Below are positions 1-15,000 of a DNA stretch of 64,000 nt, in pieces; position 1 is the stretch's first letter, and every line of letters starts with the position of its first letter. Source of the stretch: Monocercomonoides exilis PA203 (lineage: Eukaryota > Protista > Preaxostyla); assembly GCA_001643675.2 (NCBI GenBank), contig LSRY02000025.1, positions 930,001 to 994,000 on the forward strand, given 5' to 3'. The notes below the pieces were generated by a model. That model ran no database searches and was not told the origin of the DNA. It saw only the letters and a program-made list of their open reading frames with translations. Made by a program: the position numbers and the translations under genes.

Positions 1-3000
1 GATGGACTGTGCCAAAGTCTCAGCAAAAAGCGGGCTGACTGAAAGAAGCGGAGCAGCACGAGAGAGATATTCAGAGAGATACAATGCGCCTGCAGAGAAG
101 ACGGGTGCAAAGGGAGAGTGGAGAAAGGCCACGCCAATCCAAAAGCATTGTGGAGCATCCAAAAAGAAAGATGTAGGAGCATGCGATATGATGTTGACGA
201 GATGGTTGAGGAAGGCGATGCAGAATTGGAAGCTGTTCGGAGGAAGCAGAGCAACCGAGCGGAGTAGCTGGAACGAAATGGCTGCTGCAAACAGCGGAGT
301 GGAGAGTGGTGCAATGAAAGGCACCATTGCGAGGTTTGCAACAGCACGCTGCAGCGACGAGGCAAGCAGGCTTTCCTTCAGCGAGTGATAGGCAAAGGCA
401 GTCTTGAGCATTTCACGCGAGGAAAAGCGATGGGAAAGAGAACATTCGAGCAGTGGGGCAAGTGCAGATGGGTTGAGAACAAGTGGAGATCCACACAAAA
501 GCGAGTCCTTCCCGATAGTTCGCACAAAGCCATTCAGAAATCCCACTTTGCGCCTGCTGAGAGAAGCAAACGACTGTCCCGATGCGAACAGAGAGAGCAG
601 CGAGCGAAGCACACGGATGATCGTCTGGTGCCTGTGCAGATAGGCATTCGTCCACCGCTCAGCCAGCCGCCACTTCACACGGCGCATGGCAGCTCCTCTA
701 CTCCTTCTGAGTTTGGCTGACTTCATCATTGCTGATGGGGCATAGCCAGCATCTAAAAATTCCTTCTGCGAGAACAAGAGAGGTGATGCTACTTCAACAG
801 AAGCTAACGATGAAGGAGAAGACGGCACATGGGGGGATGAATCAGATGGGTGCTTTTTTGGTGACTGAGGCTGGTTCAGCATATGCGATTGCTGTGCTGA
901 AGAGCGAAGATGAGAGCCAGAGGGCAGCCGGATAGGATCGACAGATCGCACTGGAACGGGAGTGGAAAGAGACTGACCGGGCGACCCGTTCTGCTGCAGA
1001 AGCTGTTTGGACTGCAGTGGCTGGAGTGCCTGTGTTGACTGCTGCTGAGAGTTGAGTGAGCGCGAGAGGCTTTTCGAACTGCCTGTGCTCTGATTCAGTC
1101 GGGCACTGCGAGAAAGCTGTGCAGGTGTGTCGATGGAACGCCTCAGGGCAAGCTTCTCGTCGCCTGTGTGTGCCACTGGGAAGATGCTGGAAATGGCCTG
1201 CTGATATGTTCCAGCACTGGCGTGTGATGCTCCGAGGATGCCTGGCGTGACTGAAGAGTGGACACGTTTGTGTCCCTCTGCAGGTGGATGGGAAGAGAGG
1301 AACCAGGGTGTCATTGATGACTTGTAGGTAACGCTGTCTGTGTATGCAGCCTTGTTGAAGGCGCTTCTTCTATCTATTCCCTGCTGGCTGAAGAGACGCT
1401 CGTATTCGCTTCTTCCTCTCCACTTGCTCTGCTTGGTTGCAATGTGGTTGTAGTGGACGTCTCTCTCTCCACTGCACGTGGAGCAGCTGCAGATGCTGTC
1501 ACTCTGCTCGCTCTCTCCTCTTTCTCCTCTGAACTCAGCGCTGCTTCTCAAGTCGTATCCTTCTCCTCTTCCCCTTCGTGGTGACTGCCAAATTTTGCTT
1601 GTTCTTCTTCGTGTTGGCTGCAGAGCCGTTGGAAATAGGCGTCTCTTTCTGTATCTTTTAGACAGACGCGACATCTCCAGATACGCTCGCAGATTGCCTC
1701 TGCGCTTTGTCCATCCTCTTCTGGGCTTGCCTGCCCACTGCCAGACGTTGTTGTGTTCAGATCCGACAATTATACCATCATCAAGCAAAGAAGATAGATT
1801 TATGTTTCTCTGGCTTCTGAGAGCAGAAGCGATAGAGAAATAGAGGCGCATGATGTTCTGAGGCAGAAAGAGTGTTCTTTCCGCTGAGATGAGAAGATTG
1901 CACAGAAGACGGCATGCAGATGCTGCATTCTGCGAAAAGTTCTGTTGTGAAAACACTCCAAATCGAGTAATGATGTCAGTCTCAATGCTTGATGAAGGTG
2001 AAGACAAAGAAGAAGAGAATGAAGAAGAAGAAGAAGTCATCGATGAAGGATGATGTGCTGCTTGGCGAGTAAGAAACATGCCCACTTGTTTGTGTCTTGG
2101 AGGAATAAGATCATATAACATGGTCAGTGCTGAATGGAGGATCGAAAGCTGCACTCTCTTTGGTGACAGCTCCACAATGTCTGCAGTGTGTGAGAGAAGC
2201 ATATGAGAACTTCTTCTGATCCAAGGCAGTGAAGAAGGCTTGGGCACACGCATGGTGATTGCAGGCGCAGTCAGAACAGTTGGATTGCTCGGCTCTTGTG
2301 CACGGCTACGCACAGTGACGAAGGCGTTGGGCTGTGACTGGCGAGAGAAGAGAGGGTAGAGAGAGGCCATGGAAGAGAAGGAGAGGTGGATGGAGTAGAG
2401 CTGGTGGAACGGGTGGTTCTGGTGCTGGATGGAGACGAGGCTGCTGAGAAGAGGCCATTGAGGAGGAGTGTCGCAGGTGAGGGCGTGAGAGAGAGAGTTG
2501 AAGAGGCCAATGAGACGCTGGAACTTTGAGGCTGGAGAAGAGCTGGATGAGGAGGAGAGGGAAGAGTTTGTGGAGGAAGGAGAGGGGAATGCCTCTGAAT
2601 CCTGTGAAGTGGCAGCAGAAGAGGAAGATGAAGAGGATGCTGCTGATGGAGTTGAAGAAGAAGAAGAAGAAGAAGAAGAAGTTACCGTTGTAGATGATGA
2701 TGATGATGATGATGATGAAGCAAACAATGAACCCATGGGCGAGTCAAACAAGACAGATTGTTCATTGCTCATTGGCTGTGCCTCGCAAATAGCAACTGCG
2801 CTGTCACTCAAGATGGGCATGTGGAATGTGTGTGTGAAGGCAGAATGAGGCAGCAGGTGATGATCAACGATCGACGGCACAAACACCACGCTTCTGCTTC
2901 TCAGCTGCTCTGCCAGAAGCAAAATGCGCTCGGATACATCACTTCTGAACGGAAGGGTGAGAGGCTTGTCTTCAGGCTCCGGTTTGTATGCCTCGCCCAG

Positions 3001-6000
3001 CACCTCCATCGACGCCTGGTCTGTCAGCCCTTCAATCAGCTCGCTGTTCTCCGAAAACGACAGCGGCGACGGCTTCCTCTGCAACAAGGGAGAAAAGCGC
3101 TCAGCAGTCTCAGGTGGCGGTGGAGTGGGTGTGGTGTCTGGCGGAGTGAGTATTTCTGTGGACTCAGCAGGAGGAGGAGGCGGCGTGGGAAGCCCATTCG
3201 AATCACCTATCTCTCCCAGGGCAGATGGAGTGACAGAGACAGGCAGAGGCGGTGGCGTGCCCAGCTGATCGATCGATGTGGTTGAGCTGCTTCCACTTGA
3301 TGTCTGTATTCTCTTTGCTCCGATAGATGCAGTGGAATCTGAGCGCGGAATGGGAGAAGGTACCTGTGGTGTCTTTGTCTGCTGTGTTGTCTTCTGTTGC
3401 GGTGAGTTCTGCTCTTTCTTTGGTTGTTCTTCGAGTTCAGGCTGCTTGAAAGTGACAGAAGGCTGGGCATCTTTGGATTGTTGCGTCTGAACAGTTGCTG
3501 TTTGCTTTTGGGGAGTTGGTTGCACAGGCAAAGGAACCAATGAAACAGACTCTTCTGTGTTTGTTGGCTGGATGCCAAAGAACTTCACAAAGAATGGCAG
3601 AGGTGCCTCACCTGCACAGAGCAAAGAGAGAATGATGTTCAGGCCAATTACACCCAGCAGATTCAGACGCAGCTCAATGCTGTCTGGAAACGCAGGCACA
3701 GGCAGAACAGATAGGAATTCTGGGATGGGTGAGCGTATGTGGATGATGAAGTGGAAGCGCATGATGAGATAAAGAGGGAGTGTCTGGACTGCAGCGACGG
3801 CAGAGGGGGAGCAGCGGAGGGTGGCGAGGGTGGAGGAGGTGAGGGTGGGTTTGAGGAGAGAGAAGAGTATGAGGGTGACTGTCTTTGAGGTGCCCTTGGG
3901 GATGCTGGGGATGTGGAAGGAGAGCATCGGGTTGAACTGGTTTTTGCCGCTTTTGTCGAGCGAAGGGGCAGAGAAAGAGGGGAAAGAAGAGAATGAAAAG
4001 GAGTCTGTGTCAGTCTGCTGGAGTGCATCCTTCTGCAGCACAGTTGGTGAATATTCCATCAGATTCTCCATCAGCTCTGGATTGTGTGGAATAGCATAGT
4101 CTGCCAGGAGGCCTTCTTCATCCACACGGCAGCACAGTCGGATCATACTCTGCTCGTTGAACGCTATATTGTTATTTCTGTCAAATTTGCTCGTTTCTGC
4201 TTCTTGTTCATTCTCGTTCTCGTTCTCATTCACATTCTGTTCATCATCATCTTCTTCTTCGCTTCCTTTGCTTTGCAGATCCACTTTCAGTTCCTTCAGC
4301 ACCTTAACAATTGCTTTGTAATCACGCCATAGAAGCGATGTGATGGGATCGCTCCATCTTTTCATTGTTGACACACACGCCTGTGGCTGAGACTGTGTCA
4401 GTGCTGTCATAATCAGAGAAAGCGTTGCCTGTGCTGCTGACCCGCGTGGCGTGTCAAAGAAACACTCTGCCGAAGACCAGCCGAACGCAGCGGCAGATGT
4501 GAAGGGAGAGGACAAAGCAGCATGTTGCATCGAAAGACGGCTGAGAGAGTTGGCTGACTCAGCCAGCGTGACTGTTGGAGGTACACTGAACCACTCGGCA
4601 TTGCCATCGACAGGAGACTTCGAGAAGACAGATGTGCTCCGTAGCCCAATCTGAGGAAGCTTCTGAGAATCGCCTTGTGGGTCTGGGTGCTGTGCTTGAT
4701 AAGGCGTTGGGGCAAAGAGAGGGGATTTTGTGAGATCGGGCGAAGTTGGAGGGTCATATGAAGGCGGAGAAGAAAGAGAAGGAGAGGGAGATGACAAAGA
4801 AGTGGAAGATGATGTGGAGATAGACAAAGACGAGTTCTTCGGAGTGTTCAGTGAGCGCTGCATTGCCGAAATCTGAGTGGAAAGAGGGCTGCCCTCAGTC
4901 TTGTTTCTGTCTGTCAGATCAATTCCCTGTGATGACTTGCCTTGTTTCGGTGCAATAGCAAACGAGTTGGACGATCTGAGCAGAGAAGGTCTGGCGAGTG
5001 TGGCGCTGGGGTCGATGGGAGAGGATAGAGAAGTCAAATGAATCGACTTCTGCGGGCGGAGCGTCTGCGAGCTGCGAAGCGGTGTCATCGACGGGATTTC
5101 ACTCAGGTTGCGTGTGACTGTGCTTGTAGATGTGGCTGAGCGGAGTGTTCCACCAGAAAAGATGGCACTTGGATTGGTGATGCGCATTGTGGCTGGGCGG
5201 GGCTGCCTCCGGAGTGTAAACGAGGCGAAGAGCGGGTCAGGCGCTGGTGGCAGCAAAGAAGCAGTCTGCGTGCGCCTTTTGACGCTTTGAGGAGAGTTGT
5301 TTGGGAGGTCGAATCTTTCCATCGGAGAAATGGCTTGTGGCTGAGTGCGCTCTTCTTGTCTGACAGGCACTTGAGACAGGAAAGTGATCAAGCTTGTCAG
5401 AAGCGAGTTGTTTGGGTGCGCATATTCAGATGTGGTGTCCAAATGGCTTGGCAGCTGATGCAGAGAGGGAGTATTTCTGATGCCCAGCACGAGGATGGAG
5501 ACAATCGCCTCCACTGTCTCCTTCTTCTTTGCGAGGACATACCACAAGGCAGTGATGGCCTCAGAACAAGAGGAAGAGAATTTGAAGGTGAGGTCGATGA
5601 ATGTCTTCAAGAGAGGATAATAGAACGGATCATCAGATGTGATAGACGCTGCGAAGGGGAACAGGAACGAGAGGAGGGTGTTTGCCCTGTTTATTGAAGA
5701 GACCTGAGCTAATCTTGATACGATTTCTCTGATGAATGATGGGATGGCGTGTGGGAAATGCAGCGCAAGCAGTGTGCAGATGCGCTGCTGGGCGAGTCTA
5801 GCCACACCGAGTGAGTCAGGAGTGACTGAAATGAGCTGGTGGATCTCTGAATAGAGTGTTGTGCACACCACATGCACACAGGGATGGTCACGTGTGCTGT
5901 CGCTGCATTGAGAACAGAGTGATGTTTGAGATGTGCCATTGGTATTTCCATTTTCATTGTTGTTGTTGTTGTTTGTGTTATTAGTTTTCGAATAAGATGA

Positions 6001-9000
6001 GGTCAGTAAGTTTTCAGATGTTGCAAGCGATGCCAATCCAACAAAACTGCTCAGTTTTTTCGACGAAACTGATGCAAAGCTGCAGGATGCACCAGAATTA
6101 CCAGAATCTGAAGAATTCGCAGCAGACTGCAAAGAGAGCGAAGTCATGGAAGAAAGAGTGGTTTTCAGCATTGTCGCAGCATATGCCCTGATTGTTCTGT
6201 CTGGATCTGACAGCATCAGCGTCTCCAGCACCACCAGCGGGAGTGCTGTGACTTGTGCTTTGCCTCTCGCTACAAGCGAGGCAAGCTCATAAAGATGACC
6301 TTTTGCCACAGGGCTGCCACTGGGCTGTGTGTAGCACTCGCTCACAGACACCAATGCGCGGTGGGGATTCGCGCTGAGCAGGTTCTGCAGACCAGCCTGG
6401 GCAGCGCTGCGGATGCGGGCGACGGGCGAGGCAAGACCAGTGTTGATCCACTGCCGCACAATCCCGCCAGAGCTGGAGCCAGACACGAAGTTGAGCGTGT
6501 GGTGCAGCTGCGACATGAACACAGCAGCTGCATCGGCGTCGGTGGCAACGGGGATGATGTCTTCGACTGTGGAAAAGCTGCTTGCTGGGCGGATTGGAGG
6601 TGGAACAAGAGGATCAGATGAAGAAATTTGAGAGGGATCGATGGACGAAGGAAGCAAGGGGATGAACTGAGACTTGCCAGAGGAGCCCAATTGGGAGTCA
6701 GACAGAGAGAAAGAGGAGGATGTGGAGGAGGCAGAGGAGTTGTCGGAGGAGCGAGCATCAGAAGAGAGGTACTGCTGTTGTGCTGTAGAGAGTGTGAGTG
6801 CATCGTCCACGAGAGTCTGCGGCAGCCGGCCGAACTCGCTGACAAGGCGGGTGTATGTGACACCCACGCTGTTCTTGTCCTGATTGGAGAGATCGCTGGA
6901 TGAAGAGTGTGATGATTGGATCAAAGCTTGCAGTGCACTTGACTGCTTCATAATGCTGGAGGTTCCGCTGGAGAAGAATGTGGAGGCAAATGAGTTGCTT
7001 GCTGCTGCCCTTGCCAATGGAGATGATGGTCCCTTTAATTGAGAAGATGTTTCTTTCTCTTCCTTTGGTGGGTATGTGAGGAATGGCTGGCTGTGATGCA
7101 AGAGAGCCAGGATCAATCTCGAGGCTGTGATGTATGTTGGGTTCAGCGATGTGCCTAAAAGCAAAGAAAGCACAGCAGCGAAGGAGAATGCGATGGGGCT
7201 GCCGATTGGCGGTAAGGCAGAGTTTGTGAGGATCTTCATTCCCGACGGCTCCAAAGACAGAGGCACGCGCTGTGCCAGCCCTGCTGAGGAGTCGCAGATG
7301 AAGTAAGGAATGAGGAATGCAGAGGGAACAGACGTCGACAGCACAGGCGGTGCAGCTGGTGTGGATTGGATGAGTGGGCTTCTCAGATTCGGAGCTGAGA
7401 CGTTTGCGAATTGAGGGCCACGGAAGAATCCGCTGTGCATAGTGGAAGAGACAAGAGATTGACCGTAGGAAGACTTGCAGCTGTAGGTGAGGAGGCCACA
7501 GGCTGTGTATAAGTTGGCCATGTTGAATGGGAAGCGGATGCGCGGCGGACGGCAGAGCTCGACAACAAGCTGCTGCATCTGCTGAGTGGGTGTCTGATAG
7601 AAGGAAGGAGATGGGGTGGAGGAAGGAGTGGAGGAGGAGGAAATGATCTTCTGGGGAAGGAAGCCTAAAATGGTGTTGCTTTTAGTGGTGGTGGGAGGTG
7701 ATGGTGATGCGCTGAATGAGGCTGTGATATAAGCAGGTGGAGAGTCCAAGGGAAGTGTTGACAGCCATGCGAGTATTGAGAAGGGAGGGAGATGTGGAGT
7801 AGTGAGTGGAAGCAGAGCATCCAGCGGGCTCTGTGCCAGTCTGTTCATCCGCCCAGTGCTTGTGATGCGCTCCTGATAGTGCGGTGGGATGGGCTGTGTT
7901 GCTTTTGCTCTCTTCATTCCCCCGAAGAAGGACAAGTGAGTGACTGGCTCTGTGTCTGAGTGTGCAGAGGCAGATGAGAACTGAGAGGAAGACGTGACTG
8001 CCTCAAGAGCCATAGAGACTGGCACATATGTTGCGCCTTCTAATTTCGCCTTTTCGGCGATGCTGTTGCGGCTGAGCTGCTCCTCTTCTTCTGTCGAGTA
8101 GAACCCGATCGGTGCCAGCCCTTTCACAGACGGAGAGATCTCAGCCAGAATTGCGAGAAACCGATCATCAGCAGGAGTGGTGGAGGTGGAGGAGACGACG
8201 GAGCTGTTGATGTTTGAGAACTGCACCAGGTCTTCAATGCTCAGATGTGCATCCACACGGAATGTGTCTGCCGGGTGTGAGATGCCGAGGGAGTTGTACA
8301 GCAGTGACGTGTTCTTCTGCTGCGGGTGCAATGCCACAAGAGGCGTCAGACCAGAAGAAGAACTCGAAGTGAGTGGCGTGACTGTGTCTTGCAGAGACCC
8401 GAACTCAGCGCCATTGCTGTTGTTGTTGTTATCCTTCTTCAGTCTGGTGGCAGCAGAGGAGATGCGAGAGGGAGGGGACAAGTCGCAGAAGACGCCGCTG
8501 TGAAAGAGAGGGCCGTCGAGCAGTCTGCTCATAGCAGAGTGGATGTGGATGAGGAGCGAGTGAATGCGAGACGCAAACAGCGCATCCAGCTGCAAGCGAT
8601 CAATGCGCGAGGCAACATGCACGTTGAGGGAGTCTCTAAGCTCAGTGAAGGGCATGATGCGCGGGATGAGGGCATACAGCAGACAGAAGAGGCGGAAGCG
8701 GTGTGAGGGAGACCAGGGTGTTTCGTTGCTGGCGTCGCTGGGTGGGAGGATGGTGGCAGTGACGAGAGAGACAGGGACGCTCTGGCTGGCAGAAGAAGAA
8801 GAGGAGGAGGAGGAGGATGAAGCAGCAGAGGCTGAGGAGACATCAACAGGAGGAGCACAAGAAAGCAGAGGAAGGAGGGTGTTGTCGTTGTACGTGTAGA
8901 GTGTCTTCTGGCTGGATGTGGAGAGAATGGCGTTCAGATAGAACTGGGTGAGTGCAGAGGAGCTGAGGTGCGCCGAAGACGGGAGCGGGCTTTGTGGCAC

Positions 9001-11999
9001 AGGAGTTAAAGGAATGTTGCTGTCTGCGAAATAAGACGGAGGGCGTGTGAAGCTGCGGAGTCTTCTACGTGCAGCTGTGCCTTTGATGGAGAGAGAAGGG
9101 GCAGTTGTGTAGAGCCTGGTGGATGCAGATCTTTCTTTAGCTTCGACTTTCAGACGGATCTCGCGAGGCATTGGATACACGCTGAATGAAGAGTAAGAGG
9201 AAAGAGCAGGCACATCGAAGAGAGACTGGCTGATGTTGACGCTCTTCACAGTGCTGGGCAGAGGAAGCGACTGAGGGAGAAGGCGGGGCTGCGGGAGGGA
9301 CTGGAAGAACTCGCTGACAGACGTCTTGGAATGCTCGCTGCTTTCATCCAGCATCGTCGATGATCGCACAAGTGGAGAGGAAGGTGAGTCGATGCCAAAG
9401 GCTGCAAGTGAGCCGAATCCTCGTTGGGGCTTTGGGCGCTGTGTCTGAGAATGCGCTGAGTTGATGGAATTAACAGTGTTGGATGTGTTTGTGGTGTTTG
9501 TGGAGTTATTATTGCTGTTATTGTTGTTATTGTTATTTGTATCGTCATTCAGAGATGGGTAGATGCTGGTGGATGTGGCAGCAGAGATGAGGGAAGACGG
9601 GGTGGGTGTTGTCTGCGTGACTGTTGCTGTTGAAAGAGCAGAGCCAGGGGACGATTGGATCGAGGGAGAAAGCGTCTTCAGAGCAGACTCAGTGAATTCA
9701 GCTGTTGGCTGAAGGGCATTTCCTCCAACAGAAGCAGAAGCAGCAGCGGATGATGACGATGATGATGATAATCCCATTCGATCTCTATCTGATTCGGCTG
9801 CATCAAATCCTTCTCCTTTCATCGCTTCTCTGTTTCTGTAGTCTTCTTCGCCGTATCCTTCTTCGTCTTCGTCTTCTTCCTCCTCTTCTTCATCATCCTC
9901 ATCCAACATATACTCTTCCTCATCATCTGTGTCTTCATAGAACTTCCTTCCATTGAAATCTGGTGCATGTGACATGCTCAGCGTATGGAAGCCTTGTTCT
10001 CCGTTCATCTGCTCTCCCTTCATCCCTTCCTCACTCCCATCTCCTCCTTCTCTTTCTCCTCCTCCTCCTCTACCCTCTCTCACTGCAACCACACTCGAAT
10101 CCAGATGTGATGGATACTCTTTCAGAATAATGCGGCTGGTGGGGCTGCTCATAGGTGCTGCTGTCGGAGGCAGCCCTCTCTGCCGTATCCTCTTCATCGA
10201 CGCCCTCTTCGCCCGCGCCATTGGCTCCTCTCTTCCTCTGTATGCCCTCACACCTGTGCGCCTGTTGATCAGCTGGAGTGCTGCTTTCACTCCTTTTGCT
10301 CTCTCTTCCTCTTCCACCGCATTCGCCAGCAGCTGTGCAGCCACACCAAACGGAGTCTGCTGTGCCACATCTGATGGCAAAAACGACTGCACAAACGGAA
10401 TCCCTCTTCCTCCGCGTGCCTCAGGCTCAGCAACAGCGCTGATGGAGTGGAGGATGAGCGGAGGGAGGGTGGGCGCATGGGCAGAGACAAGCGTGGCAGC
10501 AGTGCCCATAGAACACAACTCTGCACAAATAGAGGCAATCTCTTCTTTGCTGTGGAAGGCAGTCAATGGAGAGCTTTTCTTGCTGCTTTTTTCGGCGAAG
10601 AAGGTGTGGGAGATTTGAGAGACAAGAGAGACAAGAGGAGTGGAGCCACCGTCGTCAAAGGGAGTGGTGAGGAAGTGGATGGGGCCCTTTTCTGGGTTTG
10701 ACAGGAATGTAGGGGTGGGATAAGGGGGTGGATTCATGGCAGGCACAGCAGATGAGGAAGAGGAGGAAGAAGATGATGATGATGAAGATGCAGTGAGGGA
10801 GGGGAACAATGAACCAGCAGCCGTGTTTGGAGTAGCAGGTGTTGTGATGAGAGTGCCAGAAGAGAAGAGGTTAGCCTGTTGTGACTCAATTTCAGCAGGA
10901 GAGGAAGAAGAGCCCGTGCCCATACCGAGGAAATGAGAAGCAGATGAGGCAGAGGCAGTGGTGGAGGTGAGGGTGATGCTGCTGATGGGGTGGGTAAGTG
11001 CAAGCGCCTGAGCAGCAGCGAGGGCAGAGGAAGAGGAAGAGGTTGGCTTGAGAGGCGGGAGCTGGGGGTAGTTGAAAGGGGAAAGGAGGGCAGCGGGGGA
11101 AGGAGAAGGGGCGAGTGATGTGGAGATTTGAGGGGTGAAGCAGCAGGTGGATAGAGTGATGTGTGCCCACTTGGCGTAGAGAAGAGAGTCAGAAGGGAGA
11201 GGGATGATGGACTGGCGAAATGGATTGGGAAGGAGAGGGAAGGAGGAAGAGGTGGAAGGCGAGTGGGATATGAGCCGGCCACCAGAAGAAGGGGAAGAGA
11301 CGGCAGAGCCAGTAGAAGAAGAGGAGGAGGAGGAGGAAGAAGAGGAAGAAGAAGTGGCAGAGGATGCTCTTCCAGGTGATATTCCACAGGGCGAAGAGCT
11401 CGGCCTGGGTGTGGGCACGCTGGGGGACATTCTGTGTTTGTATCTGGCTGACCGGAGGTGATTAGCATCGCGCTGGGCAGAGAAGATGGACGTGGTGTGG
11501 AAGACGACAAAAGCGAAGTCGCGAACAATCTGGCTGAAGTAGTGCCACATGAGGAGGAAGACGGCGGGGGGTGTGGCCTGCTGAGGGCGTCGGATGGTGT
11601 TTAAGAGCATCAGCTCGAAGGAAGAAATGAGCTGGATGAAGAGAGCGAGGGTGTTGTGGTTGTCGCTGCGGGAGAAGAAATCAGGAGAGAGGAAAGAGAA
11701 GATGTGGTGGAGGATGTTTGACAAGGCAGCGGCGGTGCGGAGGCGAGTGAGCTTGTTCTTGTCAGAGTGGACTAGCAGGCAGTCTTGTTGGAGGGTGCTG
11801 GAGGATGTGAGAAGGGTGGAGTAGAGAAGAGGGTGCACGTGCGAAAGTGCGATGATACAGCTCATGCGCTGGAAGTCGTTGGGGGATGAGAGATAGCTGA
11901 TGGCTGTCTTAAGGATGGGCTCCAGATCCTTCACGTTGGGGGCAGGAATGCGCTGTTGAGGGGAGAAGGGGCTGTAGGTGTCACGAGAGGGGGAATAAT

Positions 12000-12034
<35 letters not shown>

Positions 12035-15000
12035 TAGTAAGAAGAGGAGGTGGTGGTGGTGGAAAAAGTTGATGAGACGGGTGCAGAGGTGACTGAGGTG
12101 GCTGCACTGGGAGATGAGACAGCAACAGAAGATGTCAAATATGACGAAGACGATGAAGTGAATACCAAAGCCGAATAAAGTGAAGGAGGAGGAGAAAAAG
12201 TCTGAACAGGAGTGATGAGAGAGGCATAGAAGCCTTCAGCGCCAGGATCAGGGCGAGTGACAGGGGTGGGTGCATCAGCCACGCAGTTCATCTCAAAACA
12301 CACAGCCAGCGAGAAGGCGAGGTACGTGCGCCACTGGGCAGTCTTCAAGAGGAAGTTTGGGGGCAGCTTTGAATGCAGCACAGGAGGTAGGGTGTTGTCT
12401 TTCAGCCTTCTGCTGACGATACGCCAGGCGTGTGCGACTGTTGCGCGGTGGGCGCGGCGCTGGCAGCAGATGGAGGCGATTGAGCCGATGGCAGCAGACC
12501 ACACCTCGTCTGGGTTGGTCCCAGCGCGTGTGATGGTCTTCACAACAACAGCAGGAGTGCACTCGCTCGACTGGCCGCTGCTGCTACTGCTGCTGCTACT
12601 GGATCCCCCTGTGCCTTCTGCGTAGAGTGTGGAGACTGTCGCAGAGAGCATGTCCCGTGTGTGCTCAGCTGTCCCTGGAGGAGGCAAAGAGCAGCGCCGC
12701 ATCAGCTGAATGATGTCTGTGGCTGGTCGTTCGGGTATATCTCCCCAGGGGTCTACGATACGCGTGGTGTGGCTGACGATCCGGGCAGAGTGTGTGATGA
12801 GGAGCTCAAACAGTGTTTCAGAGCGGGGCAAGTGGCTGAGGTCGCAGAGGGTTTTGAATGTGGTGTGGACTGAGCGGAGCATCGTGAAGGCAGCGACGCG
12901 TGTGGCGACGGAATGGGAGCAGAGGAAGACGAGGGCAGTGGCTTCCACACGGCGGAGTGGGTAGACGAGGAGGAGAGACTGTTCAGACTGAAATGCATTG
13001 AGATAGCGGTGTGTGGTGAGGCGGAGGGGGGAAGAGAAGGAGGATGAAGAGGAAGGGGAAGAGGAAGAAGAAGAAGAATCGAAGGGAAGAGACGAGGCAG
13101 CAGAGGATGAAATGGAAGAGGATGATGAAGAGGCAGAGGAAGGGGCGAAAGGGGCTGAATTGGGAGAGTTGCTGAGAGATGACTGCTGCTGTGTGAGTGA
13201 AGTGAAGGTGTTGGATGAGAGAGGAGAAGGAATCAGAGAGGAAGCCAAAGAAGAGGAAGAGGAAGAGGCTGAGGCCGAGGCAGAAGGAGGAGACGAGCTG
13301 ACTGAAGCAACCGCCTGAAGCAATGGAGATGTGACAGACGGCTGTGTAGGAGAAGGGGCAGCCAGCAGAACATGTTTGTTCTTCTGATAAACACCGCTGC
13401 TCCGCTTCTCTTCCTTCTGCACGCGGAAGTACTGCTCCCTTATCCTTCTCATCAGATCTGGCGGTTTTGGCTCGCCCAGCCGCGCAATGTGTCTCCACTC
13501 CTCCAGCAGCGCCGTGATCTTCTTCAGGTAGATGGTGATGATGTCGTCCTTGTTGTCGCTGAATGTGAGTGCTTCCACACACAGCTCTGCCACGATGATC
13601 CCCCTCACATTCGGCGCCAGGCGCATCAGCCGTGTCAGAGCGAGCCCAGCAGCGTGCTGCACTGCCCTCTCCACGTGTGCATACCCAGTGCACAGGGCAA
13701 CTACGAGTGAGTGCAAAGCTTTCAGTCTGTTTGGCAGCAGAGAAATGAGATTCATCACGAGACTCATCGAAAGAGGGCCAAAGTGCTTCTCACGGAATTC
13801 GTGGACGAGCTGGGTGCGGGTGAGTCCTTCGATGCGCATGGTGATTCTGCCGAATTCTGAGTGGAATGTGTCGAACAGCTTGAAGAGGCGGGGGCTGTTG
13901 TCGATGAGGAAGGAGGCGATGATGGAGGTGGCTCGGCGCAAGGGTTGGATGGTCTTGGATTGGGATTTGGAGGAAGAGGAGGAGGAAGAGGAAGAGGAAG
14001 AAGATGAGGATGATGATGATGAGGATGAGGAAGAAGAGGAAGAAGAAGAAGAAGGCGAATAAAGAGCAGACTGGGTATGTGGTGAAGCAGCCACTTGTCC
14101 GTGATATTCGCCTTCATTTGCACCCACTTCCAGCTCTTCCATTTCGATGTAGCCTTTTTCTTCTGAATGGCTTCTTTTGCCTATTTTCTTCTCCTTTTTG
14201 CTGTGCACCTCTTTTCTCCCTCTTTTCGCAGACACTGAACGTGTCTTCGCTTTCTTATTCGAAATATTCTTCTTCCTCTCACTCGCTGCAAGTACTCCAT
14301 CAACCACTGCTTCTCTACTAAGCTCTTCATCATCATCTTCTTCCCCTTCATCATCATCTTCCTCTTCTCCTTCTTCCTCTTCATCTTCTCCTCTCTCCCC
14401 TCCTTTTCTTTCACCACCTCTGTCTCCTCCATCTGCTCCAGCATTCTTCTTTCCCTTGTCCTTTCCCTTTCCATTGTTCTTGTTTTTATTCTTGTTCTTG
14501 TTCTTGTTCTTCATCTTCTTTCTGTGTTCTTCTGAGTCCTTCACCAGCATCTGCGAGTCGCTCCCTCGCTCTGTGCTCTCTTCCTCAAAGTCCTCATCCA
14601 CATTCTGGTGCCTCTGGTGATGCACATACTGCAGCTTCTTCGTCTTTCCCGACAGAAACGGGAAAATCAGCGTGAAGAACGGAATGTGCAGCGTTGCCTG
14701 CTCTTTTGTGATCGGGTGGGTGAGAAAGTAGCACGATGCTCTGAAGAACACAGGCGCTGGCACATCTGGCGCCTTCCCTGTGCCGATGAAGAAGGGGCTG
14801 AGGAAGGGCAAAGACTCGCTTAAAGGAGACAGAAATGCTCTGGCTGCGATGAACGGGTGCAGGCTGACAGATGCTCCAGAGCTGGTGAGCTGGCCGAGGT
14901 GGACGCAGAAGCTGGAGGAGGTGTAAGAGCGTGTCTGGAAGGGGCGCCGGGTGGTGGTGGAGGCGCTGAAGCCAGCTGAGGGGAGCTGGTCGAGCCATTC